Numbered from the stretch's first letter, positions 39,511 to 51,514 are shown. The stretch: 64,000 nt of DNA from Vicinamibacterales bacterium (GCA_963762055.1 CAVXJF010000001.1:133466-197465); one strand, 5' to 3'. The notes: generated by a model not told the origin, from the letters alone. Numbers and translations are program-made.

Positions 39511-39852
39511 ATGCAGATAGCCGAGCGCTTGGTTGGCAACGTGAAGATTCTCGATCTTTCCGGTCAGATCACCCTGGTGAAAGGCGACGATCAGCTGCTG
39601 AAGGACAAGGTGAACAGCCTCGTTCACCAGGGCCACAAGAACATTCTGGTCAACCTGGCCAACGTCACTCACATGGACAGCGCCGGCCTCGGCGAGCTGG
39701 TCGGCGCCTACACTACGGTCGCGAAAGCGGGCGGCAGCATGAAGCTGGTGAACCTGACGAAGCGCCTCCACGACTTGCTGAGCATCACCAAACTGTTGAC
39801 CGTGTTCGACACCTACGATTCCGAGAAGGACGCGCTCGGCACGTTCAGCTGA
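39511..39852 (+). CDS. STAS-domain anti-sigma-factor antagonist (SpoIIAA/RsbV-like)
   Basis: 113 aa, preceded by AGGAGC. It has the conserved phosphorylatable-Ser context THMDSAGLGELV. Confidence 0.85.
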   Translation: MQIAERLVGNVKILDLSGQITLVKGDDQLLKDKVNSLVHQGHKNILVNLANVTHMDSAGLGELVGAYTTVAKAGGSMKLVNLTKRLHDLLSITKLLTVFDTYDSEKDALGTFS

Positions 39853-39863
39853 GGCGATGCAAC

Positions 39864-39922
39864 GGTCCGGCTGAAGCCGGACGCTACGTACAACGGTCCG
39901 GCTGAAGCCGGACACTACGTAC
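39864..39922 (+). repeat. REP doublet (two direct units, loop variant TGAA)
   Basis: GGTCCGGCTGAAGCCGGACGCTACGTAC - CAA - GGTCCGGCTGAAGCCGGACACTACGTAC. The second unit overlaps the last codons and the stop of the PP2C gene. Confidence 0.9.
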
Positions 39923-41567
39923 TGGGCGATTTGGCAGTGCTGCGCGATTTGTATCGCAGGACGAGCGCCGTTACGTCATCGCTCTGGGCGGTGCCGGCGG
40001 CGAACACCCTGACGTTCGACAGGATGCAATCCAGCAGCGCCTCGGGTGTGCTCGTGCGGTTTGTCTGCACGCAGGCCAGCAAACGCTCTTCTCCAAAATC
40101 GTCGCCCGCCGCGTTGAGCGTGTCCGTCACACCGTCACTGAACACCACCAGAGCGTCTCCATCTTCGAGCTGCACTGTTTCCTCTTCATACGTCGCGTGA
40201 GGAAACAGCCCGAGGATGAGCCCTCCCGTCTCGAGACGGCGTACTCCACGAGAGCCGATCACGATCGGAGGATTGTGCCCGGCGTTGCTGTAGGTGAGCC
40301 GGCCGTCGGCGCCGAGCACGCCGTACATCACCGTCACGAACCGCGACTGGATCGCGCGGCGGATGAGAGTGCGGTTGATGTGGGTCATCAATGCCGCCGG
40401 CGAATCGGTTGACGCGACCTGCGCGGCGAACGCACCTTGAATCATCGCGGTCAAGAGCGCTGCCGGAGGACCTTTCCCCGCGACGTCGCCGAGGGTGAAC
40501 GCGAAGCGATCGTCCGTGAGGTTGAAGTAGTCGAAGAAATCGCCGCCGATTGACCGGCAGGGGATCGACGACGCGGCGACGTCGAAATGCACCCCGGAAT
40601 GCAGCGCTTCGGGGAGCAGCGCGCGCTGAATCTCGGCGGCGAGATGCAGCTCGCGATCCAGGCGCGCCTTCTCGGTGGCTTCGCGATACAGCCTCGCGCT
40701 TTCGATGGCCGACGCGGCTTCGCCGGCAACCTGTTCGAGCGCGCCTCGCGCCGCTCCAGACATCAGTTGCCCGCGCTCGCGGCTGTCGAGATACAACACC
40801 CCGATGGGCTGCTCCTCGCCCTGGCCGGCGGCATCTTCGACATACCGGACGACCCGCAGCGGCGTGCACAGGATGTGGCGAATACCGAGGGCAACGGTAC
40901 CCAGATGTTGCACCGCGACGTCGCTGTCCATCAGATCGGCGACAAATCGCTCGCGGCCGGTCGCGAAGACTTCCTGAGGAATCTTCTGGCTCGTCGCGAA
41001 GGCCTTGCCCGACAAGGTTACCTTGCCGCGCGCCCTCGCGATCTTGAACTCGAGATCCCCTTTCGGGCCAGCAAGCATGATGAACCCGCGTTCGGCGCCT
41101 GTCGCTTCGATCGCCGAGTCCATCACGAGCATCAGCACTTCGTCGAGCACGCGCGCCGACCCGAGGCCGCGCAGCCGATCGAGCAGCGCCGTCAGAGGCC
41201 GGAAGTCGATCAGATTCGAGGCATGGCTGGGACGCGAGTCGGGCTCATCGTGCGCGAGAAACACCATCTCGACGCCGCCGTTGTGCCCCAGCCGGATTCT
41301 GTCTCGATGCCTCAGCGGCCTCTCGGTCACCTGTTCGCCGTCCACGAAGGTTCCACGGCGCGATCCGCGATCTCGCAACACGAAACTTCCGTCATCCCGG
41401 CGGACGATTTCGGCGTGCTCGCGCGACACGTCGGCGCCGGCCAGGCACAGATCGCTTTCGCTTCTCCTGCCGATGCGAAACAGCGGCTTGTCGATGACGA
41501 CCACGCGGCGCCCGAGCGCGTCGTCAACCTGCAGGCGGGGATGGGAGGCCAAAACCGGGTCGGTCAC
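39915..41567 (-). CDS. FHA-GAF-PP2C(SpoIIE) serine phosphatase (RsbU-like partner-switching phosphatase)
   Basis: 550-aa ORF. FHA domain: FRIGRRSESDLCLAGADVSREHAEI...GSRRGTFVDG. A central GAF domain. PP2C domain: AAEIQRALLP...GGDFFDYF...GDVAGKG...VFSDGV. Confidence 0.88.
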   Translation of the reverse strand: MTDPVLASHPRLQVDDALGRRVVVIDKPLFRIGRRSESDLCLAGADVSREHAEIVRRDDGSFVLRDRGSRRGTFVDGEQVTERPLRHRDRIRLGHNGGVEMVFLAHDEPDSRPSHASNLIDFRPLTALLDRLRGLGSARVLDEVLMLVMDSAIEATGAERGFIMLAGPKGDLEFKIARARGKVTLSGKAFATSQKIPQEVFATGRERFVADLMDSDVAVQHLGTVALGIRHILCTPLRVVRYVEDAAGQGEEQPIGVLYLDSRERGQLMSGAARGALEQVAGEAASAIESARLYREATEKARLDRELHLAAEIQRALLPEALHSGVHFDVAASSIPCRSIGGDFFDYFNLTDDRFAFTLGDVAGKGPPAALLTAMIQGAFAAQVASTDSPAALMTHINRTLIRRAIQSRFVTVMYGVLGADGRLTYSNAGHNPPIVIGSRGVRRLETGGLILGLFPHATYEEETVQLEDGDALVVFSDGVTDTLNAAGDDFGEERLLACVQTNRTSTPEALLDCILSNVRVFAAGTAQSDDVTALVLRYKSRSTAKSPST

Positions 41568-41657
41568 ATTCGCGTCGAATTATACGAGAGCTTGCCTCGC
41601 CGCAATCCTGGGTGTAGGCTGTGCCACCTCAAGTTGTTCGGATCGTCACAAGGGCCT

Positions 41658-41948
41658 ATGCGGAATCCGTTCAAGTGCCGTCTTTTTGGCCACCACGACT
41701 ATGAAATGCGGCGGGGGCCGGGCAGCGTCTTTCTGGAATGCCGGCATTGCGGCCGCCGCTCCAAAGGCTGGAGCCTGGACGAACGGCCGGTGAAACGCAT
41801 CGACAGCCGCCAGCGGCTTTTCATTGCGGATTCTCTCGATTCAGTCCATGAGGTCCCGGCTGGAGAAGGCGCGGATGTCCTGCCGTCGGGGGTATTGGCG
41901 CACATGGGCGAGCTGAGGTTGACCTTCGGCCGCAGAAACTGGCTCTGA
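41658..41948 (+). CDS. hypothetical small protein with N-terminal Cys/His zinc-ribbon-like motif
   Basis: MRNPFKCRLFGHHDYEMRRGPGSVFLECRHCGRRSKGW... The ATG lies inside a long shadow ORF. The C-terminal half has weak coding character. Confidence 0.35.
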   Translation: MRNPFKCRLFGHHDYEMRRGPGSVFLECRHCGRRSKGWSLDERPVKRIDSRQRLFIADSLDSVHEVPAGEGADVLPSGVLAHMGELRLTFGRRNWL

Positions 41949-41957
41949 CACAGCCTC

Positions 41958-42509
41958 TCATTGCTGTTGTGACGAAGGTGGCACCATCCCCTTCACGCGG
42001 AAGTACGTAACCAGGTTCCCGTAGTGCTCCTGAAGGTGGCCGGTGTTGAGGATCAACGGCAGCGAGCGCGCGCCCTTCCCCATCCCGAACGGCAGCTCCA
42101 CGCTCTCGCCGGCGCGCGCGTCGTTTAGCGCCGCGTATGCCGTGTCGCAGTACGCGATCGAGTCGTCCAGGACTTTGATGATTTGCGCGCGGGTTGTCGC
42201 GGTCTTCTCGAACGCCGCCTCGGCGTGCGGTGATTTCTCGCCCTTGGCGGCCGAGCAGAATACGTAGTTCGCCCCGGCAACGTGCGCGAGAATCTCGCCG
42301 AACGTGCGGACCGTGCTCACGGGACGGAAGCCATAGTCGGCCTCCGGCATCAATTCGGCCGAGCGTGTGAGGTTCCGCTTGGCGCCATTCCACGCCGATC
42401 TCACACCCTCGGAAATTGAATTGGCGCCCGTCGAAGATTGTGCCGCAGCCGGCACGGCGCTGAATGCCACACAGACAAGGGCGCCGGCGATCATCGAAGT
42501 CATGGTCAT
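41958..42509 (-). CDS. DinB-family protein with signal peptide (paralogue of 32011..32694)
   Basis: Starts at MTMTSMIAGALVCVAFSAVPAAAQ, preceded by GGGAGG. Motifs: FGEILAHVAGANYVFC; HLQEHYGNLVTYFRVKG. Confidence 0.78.
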   Translation of the reverse strand: MTMTSMIAGALVCVAFSAVPAAAQSSTGANSISEGVRSAWNGAKRNLTRSAELMPEADYGFRPVSTVRTFGEILAHVAGANYVFCSAAKGEKSPHAEAAFEKTATTRAQIIKVLDDSIAYCDTAYAALNDARAGESVELPFGMGKGARSLPLILNTGHLQEHYGNLVTYFRVKGMVPPSSQQQ

Positions 42510-42620
42510 ATTGCCTCCCAGGGATATTCTGTCCGAGACGGCTCGCTCCGAGCAGGGAATGTCGCGCAATGAGTCCCGAGCAGGCAAAAGGGCGAGCGGT
42601 TTGACGCTAAGATTAGGTTC

Positions 42621-43365
42621 ATGGACGCCGACGAGCGTGCGCTGAAGATTCTCGACGAGTTTGCGAAGGCGCCCCGCGAGGTGGGCCCGGTGACGCTGTC
42701 ACAGGAGTATCTCGACCACATCGCGAGGGTCGAAGCGCTTTCGCAGAATCAGCCGGGCGCGGACAAGAGCGTGCGTGACACAGGGCTGATGCAAAATTCT
42801 CGGCAAGCATGCACGCCGCGCGGTCATCAGCGTTGAGCTGGTGCACGATGAATTCTGCAGCTCGTTGCGCGAGCTCAGGAACGAGAGGTGCGAATTGTGC
42901 TCATCGGTGTCGGGGCGCAAACTATTTCGCACACTGCTGCGGGAGCCGTCTTCACCACGCAGGATCGCGATCTCTTCCTTCCCCCGGATCCCGAGAATCT
43001 GATGCGCGCATGGGACGCGTGCGATGCCGCAGGTCTGGCGCTGTGGTCGGGCGACGGAGCCGCTCGATGTCCCGCACGATCGCCTCATCGCCGACGCCGT
43101 CGTCGCGCGGCGGGCACTCACGCGCGCGACGCGAGGCGAGCTGGAAGTGGACCTCACGCTGGTGATGGGCGGCTTCGACTTCGAGCCTGTCTGGAATGAT
43201 CGTCGAATTTTCATTGTCGACGGTGTCGAGATTCCGGTGGCGCGTCTGGCGCACATCGTCGAATCGAAAGCCGCGGCGGGACGTGAAAAGGATCGGCTGT
43301 TCCTCGCGACACACGCCGAAGCTCTTCGGCAGCTTCTTGGTCCCAACAAGAACCCTCCAAGGTAA
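42621..43365 (+). pseudogene. nucleotidyltransferase-like (MNT/DUF-type) gene remnant, at least three frame changes
   Basis: Fragments in three frames: MDADERALKILDEFAK..; ..ELVHDEFCSSLRELRNE..; VRIVLIGVGAQTISH...DRDLFLPP; EPLDVPHDRLI...GVEIPVARLAHIVESKAAAGREKDRLFL. The family assignment is tentative. Confidence 0.5.
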
Positions 43366-43481
43366 CGGTCTGGGCCGTTATACTTCGCACGCTTCCATTT
43401 GTCCTTGTCGCCCGGCGCTCGTCTCGGCGCGTACGAAATCATCGCTTCGGTAATTAGGAATCGATAAGGAGGAACGCATGT

Positions 43482-44311
43482 ATGTTAGAGCCTCGCGTCG
43501 TCGTTGTGGCGTTATGTCCGCTGCTAGCGGGCAGTCCCGCACAGGCCCAATCCAAAGACCAGTGAGGACCGGCGCGGTTGTGGGTGCCTGGACGGAAGAC
43601 ACCGCGAAACGGAAGCTTGGCTCGCTGCAAAACCTAGTTTTCCGGGCCACCCGAGTGGCGGACTGGAGGAGCTTCGCGGCTCGGAGCTCAGACCGATGGT
43701 TGAGCCGGTGAACTTCACGGGCAAGCTCTACTCGATAGATCTGTCAAAAAATACGATCGCCTGGAAACAAATCGATTCGAGCAGCTTCGAGAGTGCGATC
43801 TTCAACAACGGTGAACTGCTGAACACGCGGCGAATCCGCATTTCCGCGGACGGCGCCACACTGACGGAAGCCACCGAGGTGGTCATGCCGTCGGGAAAGC
43901 GAACGACCACCATGATCTACCGGCGCGTCGCCAGCGAGCTAAGGCAAGGGCCTTGCGGAAGATGGCAGGCCGAGTCGGTTCAAGACCGACATGCCGCAGC
44001 AGACCATAATCGAGGCAGTGGGCGCGAACGGGCTCAAGATCACGCTGACCGCGCTTCAGTCGACGGTCACGCTGATGCTCGACGGCAAGCCAGCCGCCGT
44101 CGTGGGCCGCAGCGTCATCCCGGGGACGATGACCGCCGCCAGGCAAGTCGACGGTTCGACGATTGAATTCACCAACAGTAGAGAGGGAGTCGAGACTGGC
44201 AAGACGATCCGAGCGATCTCTGCAGACGGCAAGACGATGACGGTGACATCGACCGAACTTGGTGCGATTACCAGCAAGGAACCGTTCGTGCAGGTATTCG
44301 TGAAGCAATAA
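43482..44311 (+). pseudogene. secreted beta-barrel (lipocalin-like) protein remnant, several frame changes
   Basis: A strong Shine-Dalgarno AAGGAGG (43466-72) precedes the signal peptide MLEPRVVVVALCPLLAGSPAQAQ, which stops after 27 codons. The sequence continues in other frames: ..GAVVGAWTEDTAKRKLGS..; VNFTGKLYSIDLSKNTIAWKQ..; MPQQTIIEAVGANGLKITL...TMTVTSTELG..PFVQVFVKQ. Confidence 0.5.
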
Positions 44312-44361
44312 GGGCGCTCTGGCGACACCCCGGTCTTCCATCGCGGCGGTGCGGCGCGAGA

Positions 44362-44743
44362 TCAGGCGGCGAGAATCTTCAGGTCCGCAATCTCGGCGAA
44401 CGCACGGAAATCGAGGTCGCGCGTAATCAGCACGAGATCGTTGTCGAGGCAGCTCTGGGCAATGAGGGTATCGGCAAGCCGTGCGCGACGCCTCCGCGAG
44501 ATAACTTTCGCGCGCAGCCGGCCCGCACGCTCCCAGAAGCCAGTGGTTGCTTCCAGCAGGGGGATCTGCCGTGAGCAGCGGACGAGAGCTGCGGCGGCAG
44601 TTTCGGATCGCTGAAGAGCTCGGTGAGGACCACGGGTGGCAGGCATAACTGCTGATCGCCCAGGGCCGATCGATCGCGTCGACGTCGTCTCCCGCCGCAC
44701 CCGATAAGTACACGATGAGAGAGCTCGAATCCGCGGCGATCAT
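44362..44743 (-). pseudogene. vapC: PIN-domain toxin VapC, two frame disruptions
   Basis: The N-terminus MIAADSSSLIVYL, the middle PPVVLTELFSDPKLPPQL and the C-terminus ...ADTLIAQSCLDNDLVLITRDLDFRAF read in three different frames. The length is 382 nt, not a multiple of 3. Confidence 0.6.
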
Positions 44744-44947
44744 TTCCGGTCGACGGCGGAGCGTGTCCAGGTCGATCGAGAGGGACACCTTGCCCTTCAA
44801 GCGCCTCAGGCCGCGATACGCCTCGCCGGCCGCGACCAGCTCGAGCCCGCGCCGAATCGTCGACGTGATGCCGTCTCCGGTCGATTTCTGCGCGCGCCGC
44901 AGAAGGTCATCGGGCAGCTCAACCGTCACTTTCCGCGATCCGCTCAT
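44744..44947 (-). CDS. vapB: VapB-type (ribbon-helix-helix-like) antitoxin
   Basis: MSGSRKVTVELPDDLLRRAQKSTGDGITSTIRRGLELVAA...SIDLDTLRR. As sequenced it reads on into the vapC ATG with no stop. Confidence 0.6.
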
Positions 44948-45128
44948 TGCTAGGAATGATACCAGCATGAACACCATACATCCATATGGTTCCCGCACAA
45001 TCGACGCCATCGATTCAGGGCGCGTGGCGGGTTCAGGAAAGAATCATCACAGGGGAGAATCCGTGTGTCGTCGACCGGGAGTAGCTGTTGGTGTCATCGC
45101 AAACCCTATTTCGTGCCAACGTCTCGGA

Positions 45129-45134
45129 TATAAT
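45129..45134 (+). promoter_or_regulatory. candidate -10 box TATAAT, 21 nt upstream of the amidohydrolase ATG
   Basis: CTCGGATATAATTCGGGG. No convincing -35 element. Confidence 0.3.
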
Positions 45135-45155
45135 TCGGGGCGTACTAATTTCATC

Positions 45156-46355
45156 ATGCGTCCACGGATTGCGAGTCTGATCGGTGCTCTGGCGTTCACA
45201 GCGTCCGCCTTCCTGTTGGCGGGCGGACAGGCGACACCGACGGCGCCAGCTCAGCGGCGACCCGCTCCGGTATCGCGCGCCGGCGACTGCCCGCCCGGTC
45301 AGACCGAGGTGCGCGAGGGGCGCTGTCAGGCGCCGGAAACGCCGCCGCCCAGCATCGTCGACTACCGCCCGAAATCGACGCTGGTCGTTGCCGAGCATCC
45401 AGTGCCGAAGGCAAAGTTTCCGGTCGTCGACATCCATAGCCATCAGTCTGCGACCGCCGAGAACATGACGCGCCTGGTCCGCGAAATGGACGCCCTGAAC
45501 CTGCGCGTGCTCAACAATCTCAGCGGCGGCAGCGGCGACCGGCTCAAGCAGAACGTCGACGCCATTCGCCGGAGCCCGTATCGCGACCGCTTTACGGTAT
45601 TTGCGAACCTCGACTTCGGCCGATTCGCGGCGGGTTGGGGCACCAGGGCGGCTGCACAGCTCGAACAGGACGTCAGGAACGGCGCTATCGGATTGAAGAT
45701 TTTCAAGGACCTGGGAATGACCGCGCGCAAGGCCGACGGCTCGCGGATCGCCATTGACGATCCCGAGCTCGACCCGGTCTGGGCCGCGGCTGGACGGCTC
45801 AACGTGCCGGTCTTGATACACACAGCGGAGCCCCCCACGTTCTTCGATCCGCCCGATTACACGAACGAGCGCTGGCTGGAGCTCGCGCTGTTTCCGAGCC
45901 GCCGCAACTACGATCCATCGCAGGTGAAGTTCGCGCAGCTGATCGCCGAACGGGATCGGATGTTCGCGAAGCATCCGAAGACGCGGTTCATCGCCGCACA
46001 CTTCGCCTATCACGGCCACGATCTCGAGCGCGCCGGCGCGTTGCTCGACAAACTGCCGAATGTGTATCTCGAGGTCGCGGCCGTCCTGTACGAGTTCGGC
46101 CGCCAGCCGCGCGCCGCTGCGGCGTTTTTTACGAAGTACCAGGATCGTGTGCTGTTCGGCAAGGACACCTATGCCCCTTCCGAGTTTCCGTACTACTGGC
46201 GCGTGTTCGAGACCGCGGATGAGTACTTCGATTACTACCGCGACTACCATGCGTTCTGGAAGCTGTATGGAATGGATCTTCCGGATGAAGTGCTGAAAAA
46301 GCTGTACGCCGAGAATGCGATGAAAGTGACGCCGGGACTCCCTCCTCAGCGCTGA
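45156..46355 (+). CDS. amidohydrolase-family (amidohydrolase_2 / TIM-barrel metal hydrolase) protein, secreted
   Basis: Starts at MRPRIASLIGALAFTASAFLLAGG. Motifs: FPVVDIHSHQ; VPVLIHTAEP; FIAAHFAYHGHD. Confidence 0.78.
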   Translation: MRPRIASLIGALAFTASAFLLAGGQATPTAPAQRRPAPVSRAGDCPPGQTEVREGRCQAPETPPPSIVDYRPKSTLVVAEHPVPKAKFPVVDIHSHQSATAENMTRLVREMDALNLRVLNNLSGGSGDRLKQNVDAIRRSPYRDRFTVFANLDFGRFAAGWGTRAAAQLEQDVRNGAIGLKIFKDLGMTARKADGSRIAIDDPELDPVWAAAGRLNVPVLIHTAEPPTFFDPPDYTNERWLELALFPSRRNYDPSQVKFAQLIAERDRMFAKHPKTRFIAAHFAYHGHDLERAGALLDKLPNVYLEVAAVLYEFGRQPRAAAAFFTKYQDRVLFGKDTYAPSEFPYYWRVFETADEYFDYYRDYHAFWKLYGMDLPDEVLKKLYAENAMKVTPGLPPQR

Positions 46356-46416
46356 CACGGCGCGGCCGCCAAAACGCCGGCGATCCGTGACAGAATCTGT
46401 CTGAATTCCACCTGCA

Positions 46417-49060
46417 ATGCCGCTCGACACCGGGTCGCAACTCGGACCTTACGTCATCAAGTCCGCTCTCGGGGCTGGCGGCATGGGCGAGGTCTACCGC
46501 GCGTTCGATACGAGGCTCAAGCGCTTCGTCGCGGTCAAGGTCCTGCCGGGCGAAATCAGCGACGACCCCCGCCTGCGCGCGCGGTTCGAACGCGAGGCGC
46601 GAGCCGTCGCCGCGCTCAGCCACCCCAACATCGTCACCGTCTTTGATTTCGGCGAATCCGCGGGAAAGCTCTACATCGCCTTCGAGCTGATCGACGGCCA
46701 GACCCTGCAGCAGCGGCTGTCCACCAGGACGATGCCGGTGGATGAGGTGCTCGATGCGGCGGCGCAGATTGCCGATGGACTGGCGCATGCCCACGATGCC
46801 GGCGTCATCCATCGCGACCTCAAGCCGCGGAACATCATGTTCACGGCGGCCGGCCTCGTGAAGATCCTCGATTTCGGCCTCGGGAAATTCGTCAAGACCG
46901 CCATCGAATCAGCCGAGTCGGCGACGGCCAGCGGCCTTTCCGAAGTTGGTCAGCTGGTCGGGACGATCGGCTACATGTCGCCGGAGCAGGTGACGGGAAG
47001 CACCATTGACGCGCGCTCGGACCAGTTCGTCTTCGGCGCTCTCGTCTACGAAATGCTGTCGGGAAAACGCGCGTTCCAGCGCGACACCGTCATCCAGACG
47101 ATGACGGCAATCATCGACGAGCAGCCAGCGCCGCTGAGCATCGTCGCGCCGAAAACTCCGGCGGCGCTCGGCCGGCTGGTCGGCCGTTGCCTGGCCAAAC
47201 GTCCCGAAGACAGATATGACTCGATGCAGGATCTGGCGGCCGACATCAGGTCGATCGCCAGAGGCATCACACCACCAAGGCGACGCCTGGCTGGATGGTC
47301 AACCAGCCTGCGCGTGGGGATAGCCGCCGTGGCGATTGTGGCAGCCGGCGCGGCCATTACGTTCACAATGCGTAATCTCGTCCGCGATTCTGCAACTCCG
47401 CGTTCGGCCGAGCCAATCACAACTCTCTCGTTGCTGCCGATCGAAACGGACAGCGGCGATCCGGCAGAACAGGCGTACTGGGCGGGACTGACGCAGGCTG
47501 TCACGACGAGGCTTGCCGCCCTTCCGGCAGGACGGAACGTTTATGTGGTGCCTGCCACGGATGTCACGGCAAGAGGGGTGCGCACACCAGCGGACGCGCG
47601 CGTCGAGCTCGGCGCAACCCATGTCATACGCGGGAAATCGGCGAGAGACAGTACAGGCACGCGCGCGGATCTCGAGCTGGTAGATGCGGCGAGCGGCGCG
47701 ACGATACGGCGAAGCACCATCACGGTTGCCGAGCACGAGCGCGCCGCGCTGCAGAATCGGATCGTCGACACGTTGCTGTCGATGATCGACGTCACGCTCA
47801 CGGCCGCGGAGCGCAATCAGATGGGCGCGCATCCCGCTGCGGCGGGGGCTCACGACTTTTATCTCCAGGGGCTGGGATACCTTCAGGACGACAGCAAGCC
47901 GGAAAACGTGGATACGGCCCTCGCCGTTTTGCATCACGCCCTCGAGCTCGACCCCAGACATGCGCCGGCGCATGCGGGTCTGGGTGAGGCGTACTGGAAG
48001 AAATACCTCGCGACCAAAGACGCGCAGTGGGTCGAAAAGGCCCGGCAGACCTGCGAGCGCGCGCTCGGCCTCGACGAACAGCAAGCTTCGCCACACCAGT
48101 GTCTCGGAACCATCAACAGTGGCATCGGCGAATATGAAAAGGCCGTCGAAGAGTTCCAGCACGCGCTGGCGCGCGAGCCTGAAAACGAGATGGTGCATAT
48201 CGGCCTCGCGTCGGCTTACGACAAGCTTGGATTGAAGCAGCGAGCCGAAGAGACCTACCTCAAAGCCATCGACATCCGCCCGCGATATTGGAGCGGATAC
48301 AGCCGCCTCGGTGCGTTCTACTACGCGCAAAGTCGATACGCCGACGCCGAAGGGATGTTCCGGCAGGTGGTCACCCTTCACCCCGACAGCTGGCGGGGCT
48401 ACAGCAATCTTGGAGCGCTCGCCTACCGGCAGGAGCGTCCGAAAGAAGCGATCGCCGCTTTCGAGAAGTCGCTGTCGATCCGCGCCAACTACCAGGCGGC
48501 GTCGAATCTCGGCACGCTTTACTTTTTCGAGCTGGCCGATTACGCTCGGGCCGCTCAGGCGTTTCAACAGGCAGTCTCGTTTCAGCCGAATGAATACGTC
48601 GTGTGGGGGAATCTCGCCTCCGCGCAGCTCTGGGCAGGACAATCCTCCGAATCCCGGTCGGCGTTCACCAAAGCAGCTGAGCTCGCCGACGAAGGCGCTC
48701 GAGATAAACCCGCGCGACGCGGAGACGGCAATGTCGCTGGCGGAATATGAGGCCGCGCTCGGTCATCACGATCGCGCGCGTGTCTTGATGGAAAAAGCCC
48801 TCGACCTTGCGCCCGGCGATGCCGGTTTGATGTTCCAGGCGGGTGTCGTCCACGAGCTCTGGTTCAAGGAGCGCGAGCAGGCGCTCGAGTGGCTCGGACG
48901 CGCATTGGCGGCGGGATATCAGTTGTCCGAGGTCGAACGGTCGCCTGCGCTTGCTGGTCTGCGGAAAGACGGACATCTCAAGGAGCTGCAGCCGCACGCG
49001 AAGGCGCGGCTGCCAGCAATCGAAAGGAACCGTGATGGTGCGCACGACAGAAAATTCTGA
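46417..49060 (+). pseudogene. Ser/Thr protein kinase with C-terminal TPR array; one frame disruption near 48691-48696
   Basis: Kinase motifs GAGGMGEVYRAFD, VAVKVL, HRDLKPRNIMF and DFGLGK, followed by TPR repeats. ORF 46417..48750 ends soon after ...AAELADEG, while ALEINPRDAETAMSLAEYEAALG...LAGLRKDGHLKEL continues in the frame of ORF 48311..49060. Confidence 0.75.
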
Positions 49061-49358
49061 TAAGCGAACGGCACCGTTTGCGAGGAAGAGGCGACGATTT
49101 TCAAGACCAAGAAGGTCTTTTTTTATCCTGCGAACTCCGACGAAACGCTCACAATCACATTTGCTACAGGTGCCGATCAGCAACCCCTTCAAATGGACCG
49201 ACAATACAAAAACTGGCGCCAAGGGCAAGCCGATAGACGCTAAAGTCGATTCGAACGCCACAGGAGACTACGAATACACGGCCACCAGTTATCCAGGCGT
49301 CGCACGCGAGGGTCCTGGCCGTCTTGGAAATCCAAAGCTGATCGTTGACGGTCGATGA
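49035..49358 (+). CDS. hypothetical small protein (possibly frameshifted)
   Basis: The C-terminal part ...NPFKWTDNTKTGAKGKPIDAKVDSNATGDYEYTATSYPGVA...GNPKLIVDGR looks protein-like. An alternative frame upstream reads IFKTKKVFFYPANSDETLTITFATGAD. The start is uncertain. Confidence 0.3.
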   Translation: MVRTTENSDKRTAPFARKRRRFSRPRRSFFILRTPTKRSQSHLLQVPISNPFKWTDNTKTGAKGKPIDAKVDSNATGDYEYTATSYPGVAREGPGRLGNPKLIVDGR

Positions 49359-49359
49359 C

Positions 49360-49386
49360 GTCCGGCTAAAGCCGGACACTACGTAC
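49360..49386 (+). repeat. REP-like palindromic element
   Basis: GTCCGGCTAAAGCCGGACACTACGTAC, immediately after the stop at 49358. Confidence 0.9.
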
Positions 49387-49440
49387 TGGACTACCAGCTA
49401 GCGGCTATCGACTACCGGCCACAGGACTACCGGCTACTGG

Positions 49441-49470
<30 letters not shown>
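49387..49470. repeat. CTACCGGCTACTGGCTAC-word array
   Basis: TGGACTACCAGCTAGCGGCTATCGACTACCGGCCACAGGACTACCGGCTACTGGCTACTGGCTACTGCTACTGCTACCGGCTAG. Confidence 0.7.

Positions 49471-51514
<2,044 letters not shown>

Noticed and set aside
43883-45010. A 375-aa ORF spanning the vapBC region.
   Set aside because: Only residues 22-~115 (VapB and the first part of VapC) look real. The rest is read-through of other genes' antisense or shifted frames.
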